The notes: generated by a model from the sequence alone, not told the origin. A DNA stretch of 64,000 nt from Dictyostelium discoideum (GCA_000004695.1 CM000151.3:6752001-6816000); one strand, 5' to 3'. Numbered from the stretch's first letter, positions 1-26,194 are shown. Numbers and translations: made by a program.

Positions 1-7543
<7,543 letters not shown>

Positions 7544-8042
7544 ATGAAATAAAATTAAAATTAAATAAATTTTCTATTATAAAAAAAAAATATATTTTTA
7601 ATGTTTTAACAAATTTTTTCAATTTTATAAAATCACAATCTTTAAATGGACTAAAACCTTTTCAATTATGTTGTTGGGAGCTCATATCACTATTATTTTT
7701 TATTTGATTATTTTTTCAAAAGAATTTTATAATTGTTATAAATAATTTATATTTATAAAAGTCTCTTTATTAAAAATTATTTTTATTATTTTAAATATAT
7801 TAATATATTACTATTATTTAAAATAGGTTAATATTTTACCTAAATAATTATTATTTTTATTATTTTAATCCAGATTTATTTTAAGTTTTTCTGAATGTTA
7901 TGAGAAGTGGTAAAAAGAAAAAAAAATTAAATTTTGTTATTTTAATCATAAGAGATTTTTGGAAAAAAAAAAAAAAACAATGTCCTATTTTTAGTTTCTA
8001 AACACCCCTTTTTTTTTTCAACTTCACACACAATCAGTTAAT

Positions 8043-8079
<37 letters not shown>

Positions 8080-8196
8080 TAATAAAAAAAAAAATTAATT
8101 AAAAATTTTAATTATTAATTAATAATAAAAAAATAAATATATATTAATAAACAGTTTTAAAATTGTGTTTATAAATAAAATTTAAATTTTAAAAAA

Positions 8197-9306
8197 ATGA
8201 AAGTAATATTTTTATTAATATTATTAATTTTATTAAAAATTGTTAAAAGTTATGAATGTAATTGTATATTAAAAGAATATTGTAAACCATTAGAAGTTGG
8301 TGAGAGAATAGAATTTATTGGATTTTCATTTAATTCAACAGGAAATTATTTGAATTATGATTATTATTCAGTTACAACTATTGCAATTTCATATCAATCT
8401 AATTACGATATACCAGAAGAATTAGTTTGTAAATCACATGAAAATAGAGTAAGATTAGTTTGGTCTGCAATTATTTCAAATAATCAAATATCAAATGAAA
8501 CCTATAGAAATCAATTTATTGATTCCATTGTTGAGACAATTCAAAAGGAAAATATGGATGGAGTAATATATGAATTAGATAATCCAAATGATTTAACCAT
8601 TGAAAATAGTGATTACTTTACAGAAATAATTAAAAAAACATATCAAAAATTGAAATTGATCAATTGGAATTATCAAATTTCTGCAAAATTTCCATTTTCA
8701 CCAAATATTGATTTTTCGTATAATTACCCTGAAATTTCATATTACAGTGATTATTTAGTTATAATGGATTATAATATTGGTAGTAGAGTTTCAAATGATG
8801 GTAACTATTGTTTAGCAGGCTCAAATTCACCAAATCCTTTGATTGAGCAAGGTGTTCACAATTTCACATCAATGGGTATTCCTGGTGAAAGATTGGTTTT
8901 AACATATCCATGGTTTGGTTTAGATTTTATTTGTTTCAATGGTAATTTATCAAGTGTAGATTGTTTAGTTACTAAAAGTGAAAATGTTAGTTGTAATGAT
9001 ATCAATTCAATTTCAAATCAAATAAGTTATGGTGAAATATTAAAGATTCTAAATGATGATAACATTATAAATGGTGGAATAAATTGGAATTCTCAAAGTA
9101 AATCAGTATTTTTCAATTATTATGATAAACAAGGTATCCTTCACCAAATTCATTTTGATAATCCAAAATCACTCTTTATAAAAGTATTTTTAACAAAAAG
9201 ATTAAAAGCAAAAGGTATTGCTGCTCAAAGCATGGATAATTTGGATTTTAATGATTTAGTAAATTCATATAATATGTTTGATACAATGGCTTATTTTTTC
9301 ATGTAA
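8197..9306 (+). CDS. Secreted GH18-family di-N-acetylchitobiase (CTBS)-like protein
   Basis: N-terminal signal peptide (MKVIFLLILLILLKIVKS) followed by a CxC…C…P cysteine pattern, as in CTBS. GH18-like motifs MDGVIYELDNP (DxxDxDxE region), DYLVIMDYN, LVLTYPWFGLDFICFN, FFNYYD…IHFDNPKSL…RLKAKGIAAQSMD, collinear with human CTBS. Single exon, 369 aa. Confidence 0.7.
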   Translation: MKVIFLLILLILLKIVKSYECNCILKEYCKPLEVGERIEFIGFSFNSTGNYLNYDYYSVTTIAISYQSNYDIPEELVCKSHENRVRLVWSAIISNNQISNETYRNQFIDSIVETIQKENMDGVIYELDNPNDLTIENSDYFTEIIKKTYQKLKLINWNYQISAKFPFSPNIDFSYNYPEISYYSDYLVIMDYNIGSRVSNDGNYCLAGSNSPNPLIEQGVHNFTSMGIPGERLVLTYPWFGLDFICFNGNLSSVDCLVTKSENVSCNDINSISNQISYGEILKILNDDNIINGGINWNSQSKSVFFNYYDKQGILHQIHFDNPKSLFIKVFLTKRLKAKGIAAQSMDNLDFNDLVNSYNMFDTMAYFFM

Positions 9307-9549
9307 AATTTAATAAAATAAAATTAAAATTTTTTTTTTTTTTTTTTCCACATAATATATCGTTGAATAATACATTTAATTGATTATCAATTAAATTTAC
9401 AATTTAATTTATAATGGAATAAAATTTTAATTTTAATTTAATTTTTCCTGATAATTTCTATTTTTTTTTTTTTTTTTTTTTTTCAGACCCACTCTTTTTC
9501 TGAATCATTTTTTTTTTTTTTTCCATCTATACTATTTTTCAAATCAAAA

Positions 9550-10644
9550 ATGGAATTAAAATCATTTACATTTAAAGTTTCAAATGTTAAAAAATCAAAT
9601 ATTGAAATAAAAGATTTAGATATATTTGATATAGTTAATCCAAAAGAAAATGAATTTATTCCACTTGCAGAAAGAAAACAAACACTTAGCTTTAATGATA
9701 AACCTCAAGAAAAAAGGATTGTAAAATCATCATTTACAAAACAATCTAAATATATTGGAATTAATTCATTTATAGTATCTGCAATAAAAGCATATTCACA
9801 TCATCATCACTTAGTGATAAGAGTTGATGATATATGGATGGCAATATTAAATCAATTTTCAATTTATGTTAATTCAAATGCAGAGATATTAAGAGAAAAG
9901 TTTGTTGATTTCAATGGAAAGAAAACATTGACAGTGACTAGTAATGTTCCAATTTTAAGTGCACCCCTTGATCAATTAACAATTCAAATGGCTGAAAATA
10001 TAAAATCAAATATTATTGATCCATCCATTAGAGATTTGATTATTGGTGATTTTAGTACAACTACAGAAAATGATCGAGTTGTATATTCTGCATCATTAAT
10101 GTCAACTTTTAAAAGTTATTTTGATTATAGGTATATGACATTTTGTGGTTTACCAAGTGTTACATTGCAAGGATCAACTGAAGATTGGTTAAATTTAAAA
10201 CAAAGAATTGAAAGATTAATTGATTTTGAAATTGATAGTAGTAGTAAGACAGGTGAAATGAAAGAATGGGTTAGTATGTTACATCCAATAATAGATCAAT
10301 TCATTTCCACTTCAATGGGTAAACCAAATATTGAATGGTGGAATCAGATCGCTGATAAAAAACAATCATCTGGTAGTGTAAATTTAACTGGTTGGATCAC
10401 TGTATTTTGTGTATATGATAAAAATGGTAAATGGATTGGTAAAAAAGACACAACAAATTCACAATGGTTAAGAATAAACTTTGATTCCATCCCATTAGGT
10501 TATCTATCAACTCCAATAACTTTAATAGATTTTGATAGACAAGAATATAAATGTGATCTATTATCTGGTCATATGGCAATTAATATTGATTTAAATGATC
10601 AAACAATTTTAAAACCATCATTAGATTGGGTAATTATTAATTAA
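9550..10644 (+). CDS. Hypothetical protein (364 aa, no low-complexity; possibly a conserved DUF-type family)
   Basis: Clean single ORF of normal composition, with AT-rich flanks and poly-T upstream. No catalytic motif recognised. Family assignment is not possible by eye. Confidence 0.55.
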   Translation: MELKSFTFKVSNVKKSNIEIKDLDIFDIVNPKENEFIPLAERKQTLSFNDKPQEKRIVKSSFTKQSKYIGINSFIVSAIKAYSHHHHLVIRVDDIWMAILNQFSIYVNSNAEILREKFVDFNGKKTLTVTSNVPILSAPLDQLTIQMAENIKSNIIDPSIRDLIIGDFSTTTENDRVVYSASLMSTFKSYFDYRYMTFCGLPSVTLQGSTEDWLNLKQRIERLIDFEIDSSSKTGEMKEWVSMLHPIIDQFISTSMGKPNIEWWNQIADKKQSSGSVNLTGWITVFCVYDKNGKWIGKKDTTNSQWLRINFDSIPLGYLSTPITLIDFDRQEYKCDLLSGHMAINIDLNDQTILKPSLDWVIIN

Positions 10645-11232
10645 AAAAAATAAAATAAAATAAAATAAAAATTAAAATAAGTGTTCTTCCACACATTTCT
10701 GCATATTTTTCCATTTAAAAGTTTTTTTTTTTTTTTTTGATACCACAAAAATTGCAAATAAAAAAAAATATTTGGATTTAATCAGCAGTGCACTAAAAAT
10801 AAAACAAATCAAGCAGTTGGGATCCAAAAAAAAAAAAAAAAAAAAAAAAAATTTTTATTTTATTTTTTTTGATTTTTTTTTTTTTTTTCAATTTATTTTT
10901 AAATTTAATATCCTGGCCATATAAAGTTTTTTTTTTTTTTTTTTTCATTCACACACAAACCTTTTTTTTTTTTTTTTTTTTGTTTTTTCAATTATTAAAT
11001 TTATTTATTATAATAATAAAAATAAAATAAATAAAATAAAAAAAGATATATTAAAATTTCATATTTTTTTTTTTATTTTAATTTTTTAAAAAAAAAAAAA
11101 TTTATTCGGTACCACAAACAAAAAAAAAATAAAAATAAAAATAAAAATAACAAAGATAAACACCCACACACACACACAACACACTTTTATAAACATATAG
11201 ATAATTATTGAATTCAATAGTATAAATAAAAA

Positions 11233-13975
<2,743 letters not shown>

Positions 13976-14173
13976 ATTTTAAATAACAATAACCAATAAA
14001 TAAAATAAAAAAAATAAAATAAAATAAAATAAAATAAAATAAAATAAAAATAAATCATATCAAATAAAATAAACATTAAATCATATAAAAAAAAAATAAA
14101 AAATATATAAATAAAAAAATAAAATTAAAACTTTTAAACAAAAAAAAAAAAAAAATATTTGTAAAAATTTTTT

Positions 14174-14240
14174 GGATGGGAAAAAAAAAATATATAAATA
14201 ATAAAAAATGTTTATATATTTTTTTTTTCCCATCCAAAAA
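14174..14240. repeat. Near-perfect inverted repeat (hairpin): ~24-bp stem TTTTTTGGATGGGAAAAAAAAAA / TTTTTTTTTTCCCATCCAAAAAA around a palindromic ~29-nt AT loop
   Basis: Read directly in the sequence. It lies about 200 bp downstream of the ACAP stop codon. Confidence 0.6.
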
Positions 14241-14971
14241 ATATTGAAATTTTTTTTTAATTTTTTTTGTAACTCATTTTATTTTGTTTATTTTTTATTT
14301 GATGTGATTTATTTTGTTTTATTTTAATCCAAAACCTATATTAAATTATAAAAAAAAAAAATTTCCAACTTTTTTGTTCATTCACAAAAACATTCTTGAT
14401 TAAAAAATATTTTATTCTTTTTTTTTGTAAGTCTCTTAGAAAACTCCAATCGAATTTTGCTATTTTAGGGAAAGCTGAGACCATTATCAATAATCTTTTA
14501 TTGATACTTTTCAAATATTTTAAATATTGGATAGGTAATTAGTTTTCTAATATGGTTACTGCTATTCATTTTTAAAATATAACAGAAGTGGTATGCCCTA
14601 GAATGACTTGAAGAATTTATATTTTATTTATAATTTGATTTATATATTTATTTTATTTAACTTTATTAATTTAATTAATTTAATATTAATTTATTTTTTT
14701 AATTTTAATTATATATTTATAATAAAACTAACCAAAGTATCTTCTAATGAAACTAACATTTATTCTATATAAAATGAGTTGACATAATTTTCCAAAAGAG
14801 ATTAATTAAAATAATATACTAATTTGGAAAATATTTTAATTTTATATTAATTAATGAATATCTAATTTAATAATATAAATTTTCTAATAAACTATTAAAA
14901 TAGTTTAGAAATAATTATAAAAAATTATTGTAACGAACGACTACTGCTTTCGTAACAAAAATTTCCATCAA

Positions 14972-15045
14972 GCCTTAGTAGCTCAGTTGGTACGAGCGTG
15001 AGACTGAAGATCTTAAGGTCGCTGGTTCGATCCCGGCCTGAGGCA
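14972..15045 (+). tRNA. tRNA-Phe (anticodon GAA)
   Basis: GCCTTAGTAGCTCAGTTGGTACGAGCGTGAGACTGAAGATCTTAAGGTCGCTGGTTCGATCCCGGCCTGAGGCA. 7-bp acceptor stem (GCCTTAG/CTGAGGC), anticodon loop CTGAAGA, T-arm GGTTCGATCC. Close to canonical eukaryotic tRNA-Phe. Confidence 0.92.
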
Positions 15046-15148
15046 ATTTTTATGATTTTCTATTAAATTTGTTGAATTGGATAGCGCCTTCCAATAAACC
15101 CTTACATCCCATCCACCCCTAAGACACCTGTCAATAAAGAAAAAAAAA

Positions 15149-16698
15149 CCGCACCGCGATCAAGAGGATACAAGATACACGTGAAAAGTAATTCATCCTT
15201 TTCTATCCTTAATCTCGGTCAATTTTAACCAATCTTTCAAAAAAAATCACCAATCCACCACGATCTACAGATCTAACTTACCAAATCGCCGATTCAAAGG
15301 AATCCCATCGAGATGAATTCCTACGCAGACGCGGCTAAAATGGCCAACCCCTCCACCCATATGGACGAGGCATCAGAGAACTTCATTAAGGAATTCTCCA
15401 CAAAAACAGCAGAGATAAAGGAGACCTACCCCAAATTATCAATAGGCCTCAAAGACATCTCCAAATACTGCGAGACCATATTGAACATGACTGCTCTCTC
15501 AACCTACGAGAAAAACAACGGATTCTACCCAATTACACTCGAATTCCCCAAAATGGATCTCATGGGGTTAGAAGAAATGAGAAAAACACTCTCAAACTAC
15601 GATATCCCAATCGACAAGATATACATAGGCAAAGGAACTAGAAAAACGATCCACCTGATGATTAAAAACGAACAATCTCTCCTAAATATCATTAGAGATA
15701 GAAGCAAATTGGGAACCTTCATCACCTCCAGTAGAGACTACCACGTCCTCACAGGAAGAGTAAGAATTCCAAGAGAAAAGGCAGGAATAGTGGACGCCCT
15801 CATCAAAACTGCCTTTGCAGAAGAAATACCCTATGCAATATACCATACTATATACTCCACCGACCACCTCCTAGTATTCGGTCTAATAGAATGCAAAATA
15901 GGCGATCAAATGAAATCTGGCCAACACAATACAGAAATCGCCAACTTTACCATCAGAACGGCCACCAAAACCTACTCCTCACAAAAGAAAAATAAGAAAG
16001 TAGAGTCAAACAACACGGAAGAACCATTAGAAGATGAGATGACAGATGATCCTCCCAACATCCAAAACAGGATAGCAATCAAATCCTCTCAACCAAAACC
16101 ACAACAACAAACATACAACCCAGCAAACAATAAGTCTGATAAACAATCAACCCAAGAGAAAAAAGCCCAATCAAAAAAGTCCTCTCAACCTCTTCCCCCC
16201 AAAAACCAAGCAGAATCTCAATCTGTCAAACCCACCACAACCACTACCACAACATCCAACGCCATCCAAAAAGACAATGCCAACAAAACGAGCACTAACA
16301 TCCATTCATCCTCGGAAAACAGAGAGAAGACACCAAACATCCCTCCATCACATAAACGCAAGAACGAGGAAATCCACTCAAACAACGAGGTCACCCAACT
16401 CTCACCAACAATAAACAGAAGCAACCCTTACATCCCATCCACCCCTAAGACACCTGTCAATAAAGAAAGGAAAGGAATCATTGAGAGCTTCATAGAGAGT
16501 ATCTACCCTTCACCATCCAAACCGCAGCTATACGACTCCCAAGAGGAGATCGATATCATCTCATAATGGTAGTAATCAAAATCAACCAATGGAATGTCAG
16601 AGGTTGGGGCACTGACACCTCCTTCAAAAACAAAACAGACTTTATCAAATCCCAATCCCCCCCAAACTCATTGGCAATAACCATAGTCAATGAACTCA
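15149..16698 (+). mobile_element. tRNA-gene-associated non-LTR retrotransposon (TRE-like), 5' part: 5' UTR, ORF1, and the first 44 codons of ORF2 (APE-type endonuclease) truncated by an assembly gap
   Basis: Starts about 100 bp downstream of tRNA-Phe, at CCGCACCGCGATCAAGAGG preceded by an A-run. ORF1 spans 15313..16566. ORF2 starts at 16566 by ATAATGG overlap (MVVIKINQWNVRGWGTDTSFKNKTDFIKSQSPP…), the characteristic start of an L1-type AP endonuclease. Insertion downstream of a tRNA suggests a TRE3-type element. The subfamily cannot be named from the sequence alone. Confidence 0.7.
15313..16566 (+). CDS. Retrotransposon ORF1 protein (417 aa)
   Basis: Intact ORF. It has normal (non-AT-rich) codon composition, unlike host genes. 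A diverged, frameshifted inverted copy lies at 17215..18224 (minus). Confidence 0.7.
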   Translation: MNSYADAAKMANPSTHMDEASENFIKEFSTKTAEIKETYPKLSIGLKDISKYCETILNMTALSTYEKNNGFYPITLEFPKMDLMGLEEMRKTLSNYDIPIDKIYIGKGTRKTIHLMIKNEQSLLNIIRDRSKLGTFITSSRDYHVLTGRVRIPREKAGIVDALIKTAFAEEIPYAIYHTIYSTDHLLVFGLIECKIGDQMKSGQHNTEIANFTIRTATKTYSSQKKNKKVESNNTEEPLEDEMTDDPPNIQNRIAIKSSQPKPQQQTYNPANNKSDKQSTQEKKAQSKKSSQPLPPKNQAESQSVKPTTTTTTTSNAIQKDNANKTSTNIHSSSENREKTPNIPPSHKRKNEEIHSNNEVTQLSPTINRSNPYIPSTPKTPVNKERKGIIESFIESIYPSPSKPQLYDSQEEIDIIS

Positions 16699-16835
16699 NN
16701 NNNNNNNNNNNNNNNNNNNNNNNNNNNNNNNNNNNNNNNNNNNNNNNNNNNNNNNNNNNNNNNNNNNNNNNNNNNNNNNNNNNNNNNNNNNNNNNNNNCG
16801 CCAGTGTGATGGATATCTGCAGAATTCGCCCTTGC
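16699..16835. other. Assembly gap (100 N) immediately followed by 37 bp of pCR-TOPO cloning-vector polylinker (CGCCAGTGTGATGGATATCTGCAGAATTCGCCCTT)
   Basis: The N-run is 16699..16798. The string at 16799..16835 is the reverse complement of the pCR2.1/pCR4-TOPO right-flank polylinker AAGGGCGAATTCTGCAGATATCCATCACACTGGCG, which abuts TOPO-cloned inserts. Confidence 0.85.
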
Positions 16836-18418
16836 TGGTAGTGCGTGGGCGTTGAGTTCATTGACTATGGTTATTGCCAATGAGTTTGGGGGGGATTGGG
16901 ATTTGATAAAGTCTGTTTTGTTTTTGAAGGAGGTGTCAGTGCCCCAACCTCTGACATTCCATTGGTTGATTTTGATTACTACCATTATGAGATGATATCG
17001 ATCTCCTCTTGGGAGTCGTATAGCTGCGGTTTGGATGGTGAAGGGTAGATACTCTCTATGAAGCTCTCAATGATTCCTTTCCTTTCTTTATTGACAGGTG
17101 TCTTAGGGGTGGATGGGATGTAAGGGTTGCTTCTGTTTATTGTTGGTGAGAGTTGGTTGACTTCATTGTTTGAGTGGATTTCCTCGTTCTTGCGTTTATG
17201 TGATGGAGGGATGTTTAGTGTCTTCTCTCTGTTTTCCGAGGATGAATGGATGTTAGTGCTCGTTTTGTTGGCATTGTCTTTTTGGATGGCGTTGGATGTT
17301 GTGGTAGTGGTTGTGGTGGGTTTGACAGATTGAGATTCTGCTGGGTTTTTGGGGGAAGAGGTAGAGATGACTTTTTTGCTTGGGCTTTTTTCTCTTGGGT
17401 TGATTGTTTATCAGACTGATTGTTTGCTGGGTTGTTTGTTTGTTGTTGTGGTTTTGGTTGAGAGGATTTGATTGCTATCCTGTTTTGGGTGTAAGGAGGA
17501 TCTGTCATCTCATCTTCTAATGGTTCCTCCGTGTTGTTTGTCTCTACTTTCTTGTTTTTCTTTTGTGAGGAGTAGGTTTTGGTGGCCGTTCTGATGGTAA
17601 AGTTTGCGATTTCTGTAATGTGTTGGCCAGATTTCATTTGATCGCCAATTTTGCATTCTATTAGACCGAATACTATGAGGTGGTCGGTGGAGTATATAGT
17701 ATTGTATATTGCATAGGGTATTTCTTCTGCAAAGGCAGTTTTGATGAGGGCGTCCACTATTCCTGCCTTTTCTCTGGGAATTCTTACTCTTCCTGTGAGG
17801 ACGTGGAAGTCTCTACTGGAGGTGATGAAGGTTCCCAATTTGCTTCTATCTCTAATGATATTTATGAGAGATTGTTCGTTTTTGATCATCAGGTGGATCG
17901 TTTTTCTAGTTCCTTTGCCTATGTATATCTTGTCGATTGGGATATCGTAGTTTGAGAGTGTTTTTCTCATTTCTTCTAACCCCTTGAGATCCATTTTGGG
18001 GAATTCGAGTGTAATTGGGTAGAATCCGTTGTTCTTCTCGTAGCAGTCATGTTCAATATGGTCTCGCAGTATTTGGAGATGTCTTTGAGGCCTATTGATA
18101 GTTTGGGGTAGGTCTCCTTTATCTCTGCTGTTTTTGTGGAGAATTCTTTAATGAAGTTCTCCGATGCCTCGTCCATATGGGTGGAGGGGTTGGCCATTTT
18201 AGCCGCGTCTGCGTAGGAATTCATCTCGATGGGATTCCTTTGAATCGGCGATTTGGTAAGTTAGATCTGTAGATCGTGGTGGATTGGTGATTTTTTTTGA
18301 AAGATTGGTTAAAATTGACCGAGATTAAGGATAGAAAAGGATGAATTACTTTTCACGTGTATCTTGTATCCTCTTGATCGCGGTACGGTTTTTGTTTTTT
18401 TTTTTTTTTTTACCTAAA
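16836..18418 (-). mobile_element. Inverted, diverged (frameshifted) copy of the same TRE-like element 5' part (ORF2 start, ORF1 remnants, 5' UTR)
   Basis: Reverse complement of 15149..16698 at roughly 95-97% identity (for example CATCAGAG versus CATCGGAG). ORF1 is broken into track ORFs 17976..18224 and 17215..17994. Both arms stop at the same element position at the gap. Confidence 0.7.
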
Positions 18419-18442
18419 AGTGGTGTAGGAGCAATTACATAG

Positions 18443-18510
18443 TTGAAAAAAGGAATTGAAAAAAGGGATTGAAAAAAGGAATTGAAAAAAGGAATTGAAA
18501 AAAGGAATTT
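18443..18510. repeat. Tandem array of a 13-bp unit GGAATTGAAAAAA (~5-6 copies)
   Basis: Read directly in the sequence. It is flanked by T(n)ACCT(A/G)… motifs. Confidence 0.9.
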
Positions 18511-18627
18511 TTTTTTTTTTTTTTTTTTACCTGTGATCAGACCTTCAAGGAATGTCCTTGTGTCTTTTCGGCGGTGTTTGTTAAACGATTTTATTTTTAT
18601 TATTCAATTGTATTAAATTTTTTAAAC

Positions 18628-18636
<9 letters not shown>

Positions 18637-18663
<27 letters not shown>

Positions 18664-19250
18664 ACTACTACTTAAATTGGAAGAGGGTTCGGAACTACTG
18701 GGGTTTGCCAGGCTTTGTTGAATTTGTATTTGTGAAGATCTTGATTGGTGTTTTTTAGTATTGCTTCGTCGTGTTTGATTTTCTATAGTGTGATGAATTT
18801 TTCAGTTTCGATGAGATTTAGTAATTCTGTTTCTATGACCTTTTGCTCGAATTTTGGCTCTGGTTTGCTTTCATCAGTGTTGAACAATTTTTGACAGATT
18901 ATCTTCCATAATTGGTGTGCTATTATTCCTATGAGATTGGGGAAGATTCTCTCAGTTCTGTTATATTTTGATATGTCTAAGGTATCCATTGACCATCTGT
19001 GGATTTTGATGAATGATAATTTGTTAACTGTTGATATGATGGTTTTTTCAATATCTAGGATATCTCGGCATAGAGTGAAGAGGTGAGAATAAGGGTCTCT
19101 GAATAGGTGGCCACAGATCTTGCATCTGGTGTCTCTTTCGTGGTTGATACCTGGAAGTGATCTTGAGAAGAAGGTGTTTCTACCTTTTTGGTGAGAAATG
19201 CTGTTGATGTTTATGAATACTTTGGGTATTGCTGTGTTGTATCTCACCGA
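18637..19250 (-). mobile_element. 5'-truncated non-LTR retrotransposon 3' fragment: ORF2 C-terminus (CCHC-like zinc knuckle region), 3' UTR and oligo(A) tail
   Basis: Track ORF 18783..19247 (minus) reads …CKICGHLFRDPYSHLFTLCRD…, typical of an ORF2 C-terminus. On the minus strand it is followed by about 120 nt of UTR ending in A(25), seen as the T-run at 18640-18663 on plus. Confidence 0.6.
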
Positions 19251-19540
19251 TTGAAAAAAGGAATTGAAAAAAGGAATTGAAAAAAGGAATTGAAAAAAGG
19301 AATTGAAAAAAGGAATTGAAAAAAGGAATTTTTTTTTTTTTTTTACCTAAAAGCGGTATAAATTGAAAAAAGGAATTGAAAAAAGGAATTGAAAAAAGGA
19401 ATTGAAAAAAGGAATTGAAAAAAGGAATTGAAAAAAGGAATTGAAAAAAGGAATTGAAAAAAGGAATTGAAAAAAGGAATTGAAAAAAGGAATTGAAAAA
19501 AGGAATTGAAAAAAGGAATTGAAAAAAGGAATTGAAAAAA
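19251..19540. repeat. Two tandem arrays of the 13-bp unit GGAATTGAAAAAA (~6 + ~14 copies) separated by T(17)ACCTAAAAGCGGTATAA
   Basis: Read directly in the sequence. The same unit occurs at 18443..18510. The arrays abut the 3' side of tRNA-Pro. Confidence 0.9.
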
Positions 19541-19542
19541 GT

Positions 19543-19613
19543 GGGGAGATCCGAGAATCGAACTCAGGACGCTACCACCCAAAGGTAGCATTATACCACT
19601 TAACTAATCTCCC
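19543..19613 (-). tRNA. tRNA-Pro (anticodon UGG)
   Basis: The minus-strand sequence is GGGAGATTAGTTAAGTGGTATAATGCTACCTTTGGGTGGTAGCGTCCTGAGTTCGATTCTCGGATCTCCCC. Perfect 7-bp acceptor stem. Anticodon stem CTACC/GGTAG with loop TTTGGGT (anticodon TGG, G37). T-arm GAGTTCGATTCTC. Confidence 0.9.
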
Positions 19614-19685
19614 ATTTTGGAATTTTTGAATTTTAATATCTAATATTATTCCTTTAATCTTTTACGATTGTGAATTATAAAAATT

Positions 19686-19759
19686 TGCCTCAGGCCGGGA
19701 TCGAACCAGCGACCTTAAGATCTTCAGTCTCACGCTCGTACCAACTGAGCTACTAAGGC
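19686..19759 (-). tRNA. tRNA-Phe (anticodon GAA), identical to the copy at 14972..15045 but inverted
   Basis: It is the exact reverse complement of the 74-nt tRNA-Phe sequence. Confidence 0.92.
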
Positions 19760-20072
19760 TTGATGAAATTTTTATTTTTTATACTTAATAAGGGTTCGAG
19801 TAATTTTTTTAAAAATATCGAGATTCAAATGAAATTAAAGGATTTCAATAGCATCCTATTTTTTTTTTTTTTACATATAATTTCAACACAAGAGAAAATA
19901 AAAAAAATGGTTCTTTTTCCCCACAATTAAAAAATTTGATGAACATGAATAAAGGATTAGAAGAAAATTAATTTTTTAAAGCCAATTTAAATTTATTAAT
20001 AATGCATTAATAACTTTTTATTTCTCGAACCATTGATTAAGGGTAAAAAAAATTAAAAAATAAAAAAAAGTA

Positions 20073-20132
<60 letters not shown>

Positions 20133-20154
20133 TTATAGTAAAGTTTTTTTTAAA

Positions 20155-25982
<5,828 letters not shown>

Positions 25983-26048
25983 TTATAAATGTATATATGT
26001 ATATATATATATATTATTTTTTTTTTTTTTTTTTTTTTTTATTATTCT

Positions 26049-26087
<39 letters not shown>

Positions 26088-26159
26088 TAAATATGACTTA
26101 AAATTATTTATGTTAAATATTTAAACTGTGGATTATGATAAAAATGATAAAAAAAAAAA

Positions 26160-26194
<35 letters not shown>

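Noticed and set aside
15046-15148. Possible additional tiny element fragment or external B-box between tRNA-Phe and the TRE-like element (shares 44 bp with ORF1 at 16426-16468 and ends in A9)
   Set aside because: It is too short and its origin is ambiguous. It could be an internal duplication, a nested insertion remnant or an assembly artefact. It is mentioned in the findings but not called as a feature.
16556-16985. Track ORFs 16556..16861, 16566..16841 and 16668..16985 containing runs of X
   Set aside because: They span the 100-N assembly gap and the vector-derived sequence. Only the first 44 codons, the ORF2 start of the retroelement, are real sequence.
18443-19540. Regularly spaced 13-bp repeats that look superficially CRISPR-like
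   Set aside because: Units are contiguous with no spacers. The unit is AT-rich and only 13 bp. The context is a eukaryotic genome beside retroelements, so it is a minisatellite.
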